Assembly (NCBI GenBank): GCA_963664875.1
Contig: OY761611.1
Coordinates: forward strand, 1,760,958 to 1,824,957
Source: Candidatus Kapaibacterium sp.
GTDB taxonomy: Bacteria; Bacteroidota; Ignavibacteria; Kapaibacteriales; UBA2268
Direction of reading: 5' to 3'
DNA length: 64,000 nucleotides
Of this stretch, positions 19,207-29,970 are shown piece by piece (the first letter of the stretch is position 1; every line of letters begins with the position of its first letter). Made by a program: the position numbers and the translations under genes. The notes below the pieces were generated by a model. That model was not told where the DNA came from. It did not search any database and saw only the letters and a list, made by a program, of their open reading frames with translations.

Positions 19207-19896
19207 TTACTTAAGAATATCTAATAGCTCTACTTCAAATACAAGTGTTCTGTTTGGTCCAATTTCGCCCGGGCCATTAGGACCATAAGCTAAATTAGCA
19301 GGTATGTAGAATATATATTTGCTGCCAACGCTCATAAGCTGCAAACCTTCTGTCCAACCCGGAATAACTCTGTCAAGCGGAAATTCTGCAGGTTGGCCAC
19401 GCTCTACTGAGCTGTCAAATACTTTACCATCAATAAAAGTACCATGGTAGTGCACTTTAACTCTATTTGTAGCAAGCGGTTTAGCTCCGTCGCCTTCTTT
19501 GATTACTTTATATTGCAAACCTGAAGCAGTTACTTTTACGCCTTCTTTGCTTTTATTTGCTTCTAAGAATTTGTTACCTTCTTCGAGATTAGCACTTCCG
19601 GCTTTGTTTTGCTGTTTCATTAAGTAAGCATTGATAAGCTCACCTGCTTTTTCGCGGTTAATCAAAGTGTCTTTGTCGCTACCAAATGAGTTCCGGATAC
19701 CTGATAGGAATGCATCTAAGTTCATTTCATCCAGTTTATCGTTTTTAAGGTTCAAGCCAATTGACTGACCTATTGCATAAGACACACTGTCCAATTCAGT
19801 TTTTAGAACAACTTTTTTTGTTTCGTTGTTTGCATTGGCATTGCATGCTATAATACCTACAATCACTGCAGCTAATACTAACATTTTAGCTTTCAT
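19207..19896 (-). CDS. FKBP-type peptidyl-prolyl cis-trans isomerase (FkpA/Mip-like), secreted or lipoprotein
   Basis: The signal peptide carries the lipobox IIAC. The FKBP domain reads VKVHYHGTFIDGKVFDSSVERGQPAEFPLDRVIPGWTEGLQLMSVGSKYIFYIP. Confidence 0.85.
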   Translation of the reverse strand: MKAKMLVLAAVIVGIIACNANANNETKKVVLKTELDSVSYAIGQSIGLNLKNDKLDEMNLDAFLSGIRNSFGSDKDTLINREKAGELINAYLMKQQNKAGSANLEEGNKFLEANKSKEGVKVTASGLQYKVIKEGDGAKPLATNRVKVHYHGTFIDGKVFDSSVERGQPAEFPLDRVIPGWTEGLQLMSVGSKYIFYIPANLAYGPNGPGEIGPNRTLVFEVELLDILK

Positions 19897-20077
19897 TAGG
19901 AAACTCCCTTAATGGTTATAATAAAAAAAATCTTATCTTCGTATTATACTTATTGCAAATTTTGGACTATATTTTCCTATTGTGCAAAATTACAAACAGT
20001 AAAGATACCAATATTTTAAGACAAAGAAAAGATTATTCAATAGTAATATTAACATATCCTAAAAGACGGAGTATATC

Positions 20078-20545
20078 ATGCCAAAAATTATCGAAGGGAT
20101 GTATGATGCAAAGGGCAAATCTTTTGCCATAGTTGTAACCAGATGGAACCAGTTTGTAGTTTCCAAATTATTAGATGGTGCGTTGGACGGGCTAAAAAGA
20201 AACAAAGCCGACGACGCAAAAATCACAGTTGCGTATTGCCCCGGCTCTTTCGAAATTCCGCTTGTAGTGCAAAAGTTTGCCAAATCCGGCAAATATGATG
20301 CTGTTATTGCTCTCGGTGCAGTCATCAGAGGAGCTACTCCTCATTTTGATTACGTTTCTGCAGAAGTAACAAAAGGGGTCGCTCATGTCCAACTCGAAAC
20401 AGGTATCCCATGTGTCCTTGGAGTACTTACAACTGATACAATCGAGCAGGCAATTGAACGTGCAGGCAGTAAAGCGGGTAATAAAGGTTTTGAAGCTGCC
20501 ACTACTGCAATAGAAATGGCAAATTTACTTCAGGAACTCAAATAG
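20078..20545 (+). CDS. ribH: 6,7-dimethyl-8-ribityllumazine synthase
   Basis: The 155 aa protein contains [12 protein letters not shown] and [21 protein letters not shown] ribosome-binding site is present. Confidence 0.9.
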   Translation: MPKIIEGMYDAKGKSFAIVVTRWNQFVVSKLLDGALDGLKRNKADDAKITVAYCPGSFEIPLVVQKFAKSGKYDAVIALGAVIRGATPHFDYVSAEVTKGVAHVQLETGIPCVLGVLTTDTIEQAIERAGSKAGNKGFEAATTAIEMANLLQELK

Positions 20546-20577
20546 CATTTGTAACACCAATTTACTGTGATATAGCA

Positions 20578-22800
20578 ATGCGTAAACTTAGTCTGATATT
20601 ATTGCTCTCTATATTTTCCTTAACCACTTCATACAGTCAGGTCAGACTTGACAATTGGAAGACATATTCATCGCTTACAGACATCTATCAGGTCGATGTG
20701 GATGATGATATGAATGTCTGGGCAGCATGCTCAGGAGGTCTGTTTAAGTATGAAACCGGAACAGAAAAACTGATTCCATATACTAATATCGACGCTCTTT
20801 TGAGTTTAGATATCAGCTCAGTTCTGTGTGGTAATAACGGAGAAGTTTACGCCGGCTCTACTGATGGTGTTATTCATGTTTTAGACAAAAACGGCAAATG
20901 GAGCTATCTTACAGATATTCGCTCTGCCGGAAAACCTAATCCTTCCATAAGAAAAATGTTCCTCTATGATGAGAAGCTCTATGCTGTAGGTGGATTTGGA
21001 ATTTCTGTTATAGATAAAGATCAACATATTTTTATAGAGTCTGCTTCTAAATTCGGAGACCTTCCTGCCAATGCTGAAGTCAGAGATGCTACAATACTTG
21101 GCGATTCGGTATTTCTTGCTACATCAACAGGCATTGCAGCTGCAAAAATAAATAAATCACTTGTTGATCCCAATAACTGGTTAACATACAAGAATAAAGA
21201 CTTCGGCAATAATACTTTTTTCCATATTGCTGCTTACAAAGGTCAAATCTATGCCGGCACGGAAGAAAATATTTATATTGTCAAATCAGATACTTTCCTT
21301 CTTCATAAGAAAGTTGAATACGGACTCACAGGACTAAAATCTACTGAAAGTAATCTTTATTATTCAAGTTTATCAAAAATAATAAGCACTGAGGGAGAGA
21401 TTGCATTCCCTCACTCAGAACCCGTTTCAGGATTTATAGTGTTAGATGAGCAGGAAGGCAAATTTCTTGTTACTCTCAAAAAATATGGTATCAGTTTAGT
21501 TAAATCAGGAGAGAGTAAAGAAATAGTACCAAACTCACCAAATTCGAATCTATACAGCTCAACTGACGTTGATAGCCAAGGCAATTTTTGGGTAGCCAGT
21601 TCATCAGGAGGCGGCACAGGTGTTATGAAATTTGATGGAGAAAATTGGACAAATTATACAGCCAAATTGCCTGAAATAGAAACAAACGACTTTTTCAAAA
21701 TAAAATCAGGAAGCAACGGTAAAACGATTGCTTCTACATGGGGCGATGGTTTTTATATATTCGAAAATGACGGCTCTATTACTCATTACGACGAGAGCAA
21801 TACTCCAATGAAAGGTATTGCATCTGCACCTACTTATACATTGGCAGGATGCTCTGAATATGACTTTATCGGTAATCTCTGGGTTGTAAATTATGGAGAA
21901 AATTCTGCAGGTCCTGTGCTTATAGCAATGGAACCAAGCGGCACTATGCATTCTTTCCAAAACAACTACAGTCCCAATGCCCGCCATTATGTTGCAATGA
22001 CTATTGACTACTCCGGTACAAAATGGCTGGGATCTACAGAAAAGTTTAATTCAGGTCTTTATTATTTCAATGAACGAAACACTTTAGAAGATTTGTCAGA
22101 TGATATTTTTGGTACATTTACAAGTTCTTCTCTAAACAATCTACCTGCGAATACTATCAATGACCTCGCAACAGACAAGCAAGGCAAGGTCTGGGTTGCT
22201 ACTTCTTCCGGTATATGCCAAATACTTAACCCCGGAGCAGTGCTTAGCAATCAGAAGCCTATCGCAGTCTTTTCTAATTTGATTGGCAATGTTCAGGTTT
22301 ACGATATAGAAGTAGATGCAATAGATAATAAATGGGTAGCTACTTCTTCAGGTTTGTGGGTATTAGATGCGGAGGGAACTGAAGTACTGGCTATTATAAA
22401 TAAAAGTAACTCTCCCCTAACTACAGACGTAATAGAAAGTGTTTCACTCGACGATGGTACAGGTAGAGTCTTTATTGGCACTAAAGAGGGACTTTTCACT
22501 GCTTATAGCTTGTCAGTAGCACCTGAAGATAATCATAACATTTCTTGCTATCCGCAGCCATTCAAACCGAGGAAAGACAGCGAAATAGTAATAGAAGGGC
22601 TAGCAGGGAACTCTGATGTGAGAATTCTGACTACCAACGGACAGTTAGTTGCTTCTATCCAAAGTGCAGGTGCTAAAACGATTTGGAACGGAAAAGACCA
22701 AAACGGAAACTATGTCCAGACAGGTGTGTATCTTATTGTAGCAAGCTCAGAAACCTCAGGAGCAACTGCAGTACAAAAAATTGCAGTAATCAATGATTAG
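20578..22800 (+). CDS. T9SS-secreted protein with beta-propeller-type repeats (two-component-regulator-propeller-like) and a C-terminal sorting domain
   Basis: A signal peptide is present. Short motifs of the SSGL/GGLF/TKEGLF type recur. The C-terminus ...GVYLIVASSETSGATAVQKIAVIND is a T9SS C-terminal domain. Confidence 0.65.
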   Translation: MRKLSLILLLSIFSLTTSYSQVRLDNWKTYSSLTDIYQVDVDDDMNVWAACSGGLFKYETGTEKLIPYTNIDALLSLDISSVLCGNNGEVYAGSTDGVIHVLDKNGKWSYLTDIRSAGKPNPSIRKMFLYDEKLYAVGGFGISVIDKDQHIFIESASKFGDLPANAEVRDATILGDSVFLATSTGIAAAKINKSLVDPNNWLTYKNKDFGNNTFFHIAAYKGQIYAGTEENIYIVKSDTFLLHKKVEYGLTGLKSTESNLYYSSLSKIISTEGEIAFPHSEPVSGFIVLDEQEGKFLVTLKKYGISLVKSGESKEIVPNSPNSNLYSSTDVDSQGNFWVASSSGGGTGVMKFDGENWTNYTAKLPEIETNDFFKIKSGSNGKTIASTWGDGFYIFENDGSITHYDESNTPMKGIASAPTYTLAGCSEYDFIGNLWVVNYGENSAGPVLIAMEPSGTMHSFQNNYSPNARHYVAMTIDYSGTKWLGSTEKFNSGLYYFNERNTLEDLSDDIFGTFTSSSLNNLPANTINDLATDKQGKVWVATSSGICQILNPGAVLSNQKPIAVFSNLIGNVQVYDIEVDAIDNKWVATSSGLWVLDAEGTEVLAIINKSNSPLTTDVIESVSLDDGTGRVFIGTKEGLFTAYSLSVAPEDNHNISCYPQPFKPRKDSEIVIEGLAGNSDVRILTTNGQLVASIQSAGAKTIWNGKDQNGNYVQTGVYLIVASSETSGATAVQKIAVIND

Positions 22801-22828
22801 TTTTCATAAGTTTGCATCTTACTAAAAC

Positions 22829-24499
22829 ATGCAAACAATCAAACGGAGCAAGACCTTGGAGCAAGTAAAAATATCTATATTGATGATTTTGTTTGGCATA
22901 TTTATCTATTCAGAGGCCGAATCACAGTTGAAAATTGACAATATCTATTTCGAACAAAAAGATGTTTTCGATTCGACACAGTCTGATTGGTTTTTTGCGG
23001 CTCCACTTCTTAATGCTCTTCACACTAACACGAGAAACTACATAGTTCGCGACGAATTGCTATTCGAATCTAATCAATGGGTCGAAGAAGAACTATTGTT
23101 CGAGACAGAGAGGAATCTGCGTCAAAGCGGTCTTTTTACTAATGTCAGAATTGAACTCGATTCAGTTGGTGAGGATCGATACGATGCTTATGTAATCACT
23201 CAGGACAGATGGTCCACTTATCCCTCTGCATTATTCGGAACGGGCGGTGGTGAAAACACCTACGGATTCCGCATGGAGGAGTTCAATCTGGCAGGATTTG
23301 GCACTTACATTGCCGGAGAAGCTCTTCACCGCTCAGAAAACGGTATTGGTTGGCAGGGTGCAGCGACTCTGACTCAACCACGCCTCTTTAGATCGGAATT
23401 AATGCTAACAGCCGGAATTTTGGCTCATGAAAAGCGGACCACTCAATCTTTTGCAATAACAAAGCCATATCGAACAACCTATACTAATTTTGCTTATGGA
23501 GTAAACGCCGAAAATACATTTGGCAGCGACTATATGTACCTTTTTGATCAAAGCAGCTACACTTTGCTCGATTTTACCGAAAAAAAAGCACAGGCATGGT
23601 TTTCGAAAGCTTGGGACAAAAAGGACAGAATCTTTTTTACGGGATTAGTAGAATACCATGATGTCAATAGAAGTAATATCTACGACCCGGTTTCAAAAAA
23701 ATATTCGAGCACAGCAAGAGCTTTTGACAATACAGGTAAAATCATTGCAGCTTTTTCTTCGATAGACCAAAATTTCTATTCAACAACAAAACTTAATTCT
23801 TACTTTGTTGAAGATATGACCGTAGGTGGGTGGGGTACTGCAATTTTAGGTAAATTTTTTCCAATTGGCAGCAAAGGTGAGAGTTATTACTACGTAGCCG
23901 GAAAAGGGGAAATGTCCCACTATGACGGCATAAATTATATCTTTGGTTCTGTTGTCGGGGCGAGTGCTTTCGAAACCGGCAGAAGTGTCAATACTTATTT
24001 GGAATTCCAAGGCAAAGCATTTCACAGGTTCAATTCGGACTTGCTAATTGCACTTAATCTAAGGCAACAAACAGTTTGGAACTGGTTCGCATTACGCCAG
24101 CTGATAATAGATAATGACTATGGAATGAGAGGCTATCCTGTCAATTACCTTTCAGGTGACAACAGAATAATCGGCAATCTTGAGCTACGGTACTTCCCTG
24201 ATTGGGAACTGTCAGTCTTCAAACTAAGCGGCGTAGTCTTTTATGATTTTGGCTCAGTATGGGAACAGCAAACTCCTGTTTACAAATCAAAACTGCACAA
24301 TTCTATGGGTCTGGGACTCAGGTTCCATTTTACCAAATCTCCAAATGAAAACCATGTTTTTCGTATAGATGTGGGCTACAATTTCGATGATATGAAAATT
24401 GGCGGAATAGTATTTACAACATCTCAGCAGTTTTCTGCATTTACAAATCACCTATTCAAGTTGCCAAAAATCTTCGGATTAGATTTTGATTACGAGTAA
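22829..24499 (+). CDS. Omp85-family (surface antigen D15/BamA-like) outer-membrane protein with one POTRA-like domain
   Basis: An N-terminal POTRA-like pattern is seen (IYFEQKDVF...IVRDELLF...DAYVITQDRW). The C-terminal barrel motif reads GDNRIIGNLELRYFP...GLGLRFHFTKSP...FRIDVGYNF. Confidence 0.55.
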   Translation: MQTIKRSKTLEQVKISILMILFGIFIYSEAESQLKIDNIYFEQKDVFDSTQSDWFFAAPLLNALHTNTRNYIVRDELLFESNQWVEEELLFETERNLRQSGLFTNVRIELDSVGEDRYDAYVITQDRWSTYPSALFGTGGGENTYGFRMEEFNLAGFGTYIAGEALHRSENGIGWQGAATLTQPRLFRSELMLTAGILAHEKRTTQSFAITKPYRTTYTNFAYGVNAENTFGSDYMYLFDQSSYTLLDFTEKKAQAWFSKAWDKKDRIFFTGLVEYHDVNRSNIYDPVSKKYSSTARAFDNTGKIIAAFSSIDQNFYSTTKLNSYFVEDMTVGGWGTAILGKFFPIGSKGESYYYVAGKGEMSHYDGINYIFGSVVGASAFETGRSVNTYLEFQGKAFHRFNSDLLIALNLRQQTVWNWFALRQLIIDNDYGMRGYPVNYLSGDNRIIGNLELRYFPDWELSVFKLSGVVFYDFGSVWEQQTPVYKSKLHNSMGLGLRFHFTKSPNENHVFRIDVGYNFDDMKIGGIVFTTSQQFSAFTNHLFKLPKIFGLDFDYE

Positions 24500-24647
24500 G
24501 ATGTAACCGCAAAATTATTGGTTATTCTATATTTTTCGAGATTGATAAATATATATCAAAAACCGGAAATACATTTCTGCATCTCCGGTCTGATGTTTAA
24601 ACTTTTTCAAAAATAACTTCAATCTTATAGTGAATTGCTATATACTG

Positions 24648-25337
24648 TTAGTCATTGTGATATACAAATGTAACTGCGTCATTAGGCAGCTTGCTGACAG
24701 TTTTTTTAGAAGAAGGACCTGATTTGTGCTCTTCAAGATTCCAGCCTTTTTTGCAATTAATATCGAATCCACTTACTAAATCGCCTGCAAAGTTGATGCC
24801 GTCGCCTTTTGCACTGCCGTCAGCTGAGTAGAAGTAATAGTAATAATCCGTATCAAATTCTTCTTCAGATTTGCTTAAAACTTTAGAGAACATTAGTCTT
24901 TCTTCGCCATCAACTACAACATATGCTTTTGCAGGAAAAATTGAAGCAGCAAGATTCGACGGATTAACAACAACTCCTGTTAAGTTATATGCAACATCAA
25001 AAGTATTTGCTGTACTCATTGACTTTGTAAGAGTGTATTCGTAAGTACCGTCTGCATTTACTTTGCCTTCTCCTATTTTATACTCTTCACTGCCATTTGT
25101 ACCAAGATAAACATTGATTTGGCACTCGCCCAAAGACCATGCACTTATTTCTGCACCTAATATAAGGCTTGTAGATTTTTGCAATGTACCATTTACAGTA
25201 AGCTCAGTTGCCTGAATAGTGGTAGTTGTAGGTGTAGTGATTGGAGCAGTTGTGCTTTCATCGTCAGAGCAAGCTGCTACAAAACTAACCATTAGTGCTA
25301 ATAAAAGCACTTTCAAAAGATAATTAAATTTTGCCAT
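24648..25337 (-). CDS. Hypothetical lipoprotein
   Basis: The lipobox is VAACSDDE, followed by the Thr/Pro-rich linker TTAPITTPTTTT. The protein is beta-rich. Confidence 0.5.
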   Translation of the reverse strand: MAKFNYLLKVLLLALMVSFVAACSDDESTTAPITTPTTTTIQATELTVNGTLQKSTSLILGAEISAWSLGECQINVYLGTNGSEEYKIGEGKVNADGTYEYTLTKSMSTANTFDVAYNLTGVVVNPSNLAASIFPAKAYVVVDGEERLMFSKVLSKSEEEFDTDYYYYFYSADGSAKGDGINFAGDLVSGFDINCKKGWNLEEHKSGPSSKKTVSKLPNDAVTFVYHND

Positions 25338-25480
25338 CTGAAATCTCCTGATTTTGGATTCTGTTAAAAAAGATAATGCAAAATACTATATTTTAATATA
25401 AAACCATAAAATATTTACTTTACACATGGTTTTACAGTTGATTACAATAGCTCAGTCAGCCATTTTTTCATTTACCAAAG

Positions 25481-26977
25481 TCAGTTCTTGTTTGTTTGCA
25501 AAAATTGTTCTGCAGTTTCAAGAATAGTTGCCCATGCTTCTTGGACATGATATTCTTTTAGATAGGTCTGACCTGCCACCATTCTAATTGTATATTTGCC
25601 GTTGAGCTTGGTATGAGTCAGATACAACTTTCCATCTGAATTTATAGTCTCAAGAAATTTTGCATTTATGTTATTTATTTCTTCCGAATTCAATTCGATT
25701 GATGGTACTAATCGAAAGCAAATTAAGTTCAGAGAAACCGGAGCCAGTATTTCGAAATTGGGATGAACTTTCATCTGTTTTGCAACATTTTGCACCCATT
25801 TAATTTGATTACGGATTATCTGCTGCATTTGCTCTATGCCAAAGCTACGAATCACAAACCAGAGTTTGAGCGCTCTGAACCTCCTGCCTAACTGGATACC
25901 CCAGTCACGGTAATTATTAACTACATCATCGGATTTTGTTTTCAAATATTCAGGCAAAATTTCAAATGTCCTTACCAGAGCTTCCTTGTCCTTTACAAAG
26001 TAAGCTGTACAGTCAAAGTTTGTAAACATCCATTTATGCGGATTGAATACATAGGAATCTACAAACTCAGCCCCATTGATGAAGTGCCTGTATTCAGGAA
26101 GCAACATTGCAGTCCCGGCATAAGCAGCATCAACATGCAACCATATTCCATATCTGTTGCAAATTTCGCCTATTGCAGCAAGCGGATCGATAGCTGTGCT
26201 TCCGGTTGTACCTATAGCAGCAACGGCGAAACAAGGAACAAAACCCTCAGCCAAATCCCGTTTGATATTTTGTTCAAGATCATTTACGTCCATTGCGAAG
26301 TTTTCGTCAGTTTTTATAAGTCTCAGAGCAGTTCTACCAAATCCTGCTATCTTGGCAGCTTTTTCTATAGATGAGTGTGCCTGCTCCGAACAGTAAACAG
26401 TAAATTTCTCACTACCATCAAATCCTGACTGATTTATTTTATATGAGCTTTTTTTCTCTCGGGCGGACAATAGAGCAGCCAGAGTGGCAGTAGAAGCAGT
26501 ATCCTGTATGACTCCCTCCCAGCTTTTTGGAAGCCCACACATATCACGTAGCCATTGCATCACTCGTTCTTCTAGTTCCGCAGCCGCAGGAGAGGTATCC
26601 CAAATCATACACTGTGAAGCAAGAGCTGAACTAAGCAACTCACCAAGAAGCGCAGGATAGCTACTGTTTGCCGGAAAGTAAGCCATGAATTTGGGATGTT
26701 GCCAGTGAGTAATTCCGGGCATTATAATCTGCTTGAAGTCATCATAAATCGAGTTGAAATCTTCTGCTTTTTCCGGAGCAGATTCAGGAAGCTGTGATAA
26801 AATATCACCCGGTTTGACTAAAGATTTCGGAGGTAGATTTTCAATATTTTCAAAGTAATCTGCAATTTCATCTACCATATTGTGCGCATAAAGTCGAAAA
26901 TCGTCAAGAGTCATATTATTTTCCCTTTTCATATAAACTAATTCCTTAAATATCCTTATTTTGGAGGATAAAATCAA
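25481..26977 (-). CDS. Pyridoxal-phosphate-dependent group II decarboxylase (aromatic-L-amino-acid/tyrosine decarboxylase family)
   Basis: The PLP-lysine motif NPHKW appears in FNPHKWMFTNFDCTAYFVKD. The N-terminus (DDFRLYAHNMVDEIADYF) and C-terminus are typical of this decarboxylase class. The true start is probably an internal Met (MTLDDF). Confidence 0.8.
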   Translation of the reverse strand: MILSSKIRIFKELVYMKRENNMTLDDFRLYAHNMVDEIADYFENIENLPPKSLVKPGDILSQLPESAPEKAEDFNSIYDDFKQIIMPGITHWQHPKFMAYFPANSSYPALLGELLSSALASQCMIWDTSPAAAELEERVMQWLRDMCGLPKSWEGVIQDTASTATLAALLSAREKKSSYKINQSGFDGSEKFTVYCSEQAHSSIEKAAKIAGFGRTALRLIKTDENFAMDVNDLEQNIKRDLAEGFVPCFAVAAIGTTGSTAIDPLAAIGEICNRYGIWLHVDAAYAGTAMLLPEYRHFINGAEFVDSYVFNPHKWMFTNFDCTAYFVKDKEALVRTFEILPEYLKTKSDDVVNNYRDWGIQLGRRFRALKLWFVIRSFGIEQMQQIIRNQIKWVQNVAKQMKVHPNFEILAPVSLNLICFRLVPSIELNSEEINNINAKFLETINSDGKLYLTHTKLNGKYTIRMVAGQTYLKEYHVQEAWATILETAEQFLQTNKN

Positions 26978-26994
26978 AATTATTATTCAGAAGT

Positions 26995-27897
26995 TTGATA
27001 TTGCAGATGAGAAAGTATAAGATATTGCTAACTAATCACAGCCTTGATAAAACCACCGGCTCCGAAACTTATTGCTATAATTTAGCCTTTAGATTTTCAC
27101 AAGAGCATGATGTATATATATGGACACCAAATCAGGGACAGATGTCAGAAAAAATCAAACAATTTGCCACAGTTTTAGACAAACCCGAAGGTAAGTTTGA
27201 TTTCATATTTTATAATCATAACAATACTCAATCTGATGATTTTCATGCTGAGGCTAAAATATTTACTATGCAGGGAATCTTCCCGGAATTGGAGCAACCT
27301 CCTTTGGGAATGGATGCCTACGTAGCCATTTCAGAAGAAATTGCAAACTTTCACTGCCAACTCCAACCGCATATAATCCGAAATGGAATAGATACAGAAT
27401 TATACAATATGACGAAACGACAAGGCAAGCCCAAAAATGTGCTTTTTTCGAGCAATTACAGATCAAAATTGCACAAAACTATAAAGTATGCTTGCTGGAG
27501 TCTTGGCTTAAAATTTAGAAGAATAGGGGATAAAAACCTTAAATATGACGTATTGCCTGAATTAGAATGGGCTGACATAGTAATCGGTTTAGGAAGAACC
27601 GCTTTGGAAGCTCTAAGCTGTAATAAAAAGGTAATAGTTGCCGACAGAAGAGACTACAGTGATTTGGGTATGGATGGTTTGCTTACAGTAGAAAATATCA
27701 AAGATGTTCAACAGAACAATTTCTCCGGCAGAAGATACAAAAAACCAATCTGCTACCTTAGCATTAGAGATGAATTAAAAAAAGCCCTCAATGATAGTTC
27801 AACATGGGAAAGACAGTACATCCTTGATAACTATGATATCAATAGTATTATCAAACAGTACATCAGTCTCGCAGAAAGCATTGCTGCATCTAAATAG
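26995..27897 (+). CDS. Hypothetical protein, possibly glycosyltransferase-like
   Basis: The 300 aa protein has an N-terminal TGSETYCYNLAFRF that is reminiscent of a GT-B N-terminus. It overlaps the next gene by 8 nt in a convergent arrangement. The call is weak. Confidence 0.35.
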   Translation: MILQMRKYKILLTNHSLDKTTGSETYCYNLAFRFSQEHDVYIWTPNQGQMSEKIKQFATVLDKPEGKFDFIFYNHNNTQSDDFHAEAKIFTMQGIFPELEQPPLGMDAYVAISEEIANFHCQLQPHIIRNGIDTELYNMTKRQGKPKNVLFSSNYRSKLHKTIKYACWSLGLKFRRIGDKNLKYDVLPELEWADIVIGLGRTALEALSCNKKVIVADRRDYSDLGMDGLLTVENIKDVQQNNFSGRRYKKPICYLSIRDELKKALNDSSTWERQYILDNYDINSIIKQYISLAESIAASK

Positions 27898-28975
27898 ATT
27901 GGAATAGTTTTTCTCTCATATTTTGATAAGAGTATTTTGCAATAAGCTCAATATCAGGATTAGCATTTTGCTTGTAGAAGTCCGGGTCAGTCGCAAGTCT
28001 TTTGCCAAGATTTATAGCTTTATCTATCTGGAATTCATTATCCACAGTTAGTTCCGGGAACAAAGTCGTTCCATGTCCGGTAGATTTAGTGGTAATAATA
28101 GGAATTCCGAGAGCAGCTGCATCTAACACGTACCTTGCCCATGTATAGCGTTCGTCAAGATTCACCCAAAAATAGGTGTTGCTAAGTTGATGAAAATAGT
28201 CTTTAAGAGTATAGGCTCTACGGATTTCGAGCTTATCGTCTTTATAGAATTTCTTTACTTTGTCCATACGGATATTACCATTTAAAGTACCGTATTTTTT
28301 TAGCATTTTTGGAATATTCCTCAAAGTTCTATGCTCTTTTTCTTCGATGCCAAAGTAAGGCAGCCCGCTTGCACGAGCAACAGAGTGATCGTTCCACCTT
28401 TTTAGAAGCATAGGAGCAATAAAGACTTCTCGCTTTCTTTCACCAATGCTTTTCCTAAGATTGTACACATTTTCAACAGGATAAGGCACTCCAATAAATT
28501 CAGCTTTTGTACCGGTCAGTTCTCTGAAAAATGGAAGCGATTGTTCGTTTATTACATTGATTAAATCTGAAGCTGCAAAGATTTCTTTAATATAAGACAT
28601 CGGTCTCAAATATTCTTTGGCACAGCCTTCTATCAGAGAAATCCACTTTACGCTCTGATTTCTGCCTGTGCAAAGCTGAAGCAGTTTTTCCTGATATTTT
28701 GGAGCAAAGTTAGTATTTCCGATTACTATATCAAAGCTGTCAACGATTTGCTGAGTACACTCAAAAACATTGCAGTATTCGCCATCGCAAGCGTAAACCC
28801 AAGATTCTATTCCTGTCATAAAGTCTCTGAAATGAGGGCGTTCAGATGCCTTCCATCTACCAAGATTATCTGCAATAACTAATACTTTTGGGAATTGCAT
28901 AATTGCTCTTTTCTCACAAATCGCACAATCAAATAACTTTAAATATACAATACTTTTGCTAATAATCTTAAGCAA
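27890..28975 (-). CDS. Hypothetical protein, possibly glycosyltransferase-like
   Basis: The 361 aa protein contains GIPIITTKSTGHGTTLFPE, which is similar to GT-B C-terminal donor-binding segments. The call is weak. Confidence 0.35.
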   Translation of the reverse strand: MLKIISKSIVYLKLFDCAICEKRAIMQFPKVLVIADNLGRWKASERPHFRDFMTGIESWVYACDGEYCNVFECTQQIVDSFDIVIGNTNFAPKYQEKLLQLCTGRNQSVKWISLIEGCAKEYLRPMSYIKEIFAASDLINVINEQSLPFFRELTGTKAEFIGVPYPVENVYNLRKSIGERKREVFIAPMLLKRWNDHSVARASGLPYFGIEEKEHRTLRNIPKMLKKYGTLNGNIRMDKVKKFYKDDKLEIRRAYTLKDYFHQLSNTYFWVNLDERYTWARYVLDAAALGIPIITTKSTGHGTTLFPELTVDNEFQIDKAINLGKRLATDPDFYKQNANPDIELIAKYSYQNMREKLFQSI

Positions 28976-29026
28976 AATAGAAATAGGGTAAGTTGAAGCT
29001 AAGGAATACTTCCATTATTTTATAAG

Positions 29027-29965
29027 CTAACTGTCCATCTCCTGAACAATAGTAAAGAGACCTTTGTTTCTATATACTTCACAAATCTCTTCAGCGTATT
29101 TTTCGGAAAAATATCTTTCGAGCGAGAAGGCAATGCCTCCGGCAACTTGCTTTTCCTCCGCATCAGGCTTTATTTGACGAATTAGGGCAGTTTGTTCTTC
29201 GTTTTGCGGCACTATCAATACGTGGAAATAGCTTTTTGCATTTTCTCCGCTCAGATAGTGCGAGGCTATAGCATCTAACTCAGAGAAAATAATTTCCTCT
29301 TCTTTGGAGACAAGCTCATCTGCTTTTACTAATGTCTCCAATAAATCAATCAGCTGAGCCAACTGCTCATGTTTAGGTTCAGTAGCGAGGTAGTTCTGCA
29401 TACCACTCCTGAGATTGTTCAATTTATCTGCAAAAGAGAGTGCAGAATTTACTTCTGGCTGCTGCAAATTGAAATCAATATTCCATGCATTGGCAAAATC
29501 ATTTATTAACTTCTCTTCCTTTTTATCCAAATTATTATCTATCCACGCTAACTGATTGAGAATTTCAAGGATTGCTTTGGCTTCGGTTTTACCTGAAAGC
29601 GTATTAAGCAGGTAAGTCGCTTCTTTTCTCTCGAGAGTAATCGCATTTTTTATCAACTGCATGAATCCTAATTTCTTATTGCCCCCAACAAAAAAACCTG
29701 TACTGATCACAAGTAAAATCAATGTTTCGAAGATATAAATGGCATTATCCACTATTGAGGTATATTCTCCGATAATGATATATTTCACAGTCCACACCAC
29801 GAGTATAAAAAGAGACAGAGAAAGCCCCAAAATAGACTGCGACTCTGCTACTTCCCTTTCTGCTTTCCTCTTCCAAATTTTATTTACTTTCAGATACACT
29901 TCTAAAAGGGCAAAACCAAGAGCTACATATATAATCAAATCAAGTATTTTTACGATTAGTTCCAT
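29027..29965 (-). CDS. Membrane-anchored protein with TerB-like (tellurite-resistance TerB-type) repeat motifs
   Basis: Three N-terminal transmembrane helices precede soluble segments LVKADELVSKEEEIIFSELDAIA and LAWIDNNLDKKEEKLINDFA. These resemble the TerB family (KADG...E) pattern. The gene lies 5 nt downstream of the channel gene. Confidence 0.45.
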   Translation of the reverse strand: MELIVKILDLIIYVALGFALLEVYLKVNKIWKRKAEREVAESQSILGLSLSLFILVVWTVKYIIIGEYTSIVDNAIYIFETLILLVISTGFFVGGNKKLGFMQLIKNAITLERKEATYLLNTLSGKTEAKAILEILNQLAWIDNNLDKKEEKLINDFANAWNIDFNLQQPEVNSALSFADKLNNLRSGMQNYLATEPKHEQLAQLIDLLETLVKADELVSKEEEIIFSELDAIASHYLSGENAKSYFHVLIVPQNEEQTALIRQIKPDAEEKQVAGGIAFSLERYFSEKYAEEICEVYRNKGLFTIVQEMDS

Positions 29966-29970
29966 AGTGT

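Noticed and set aside
19897-20077. A possible FMN riboswitch upstream of ribH.
   Set aside because: The 180 bp leader lacks the conserved FMN-aptamer core sequences and is simply AT-rich.
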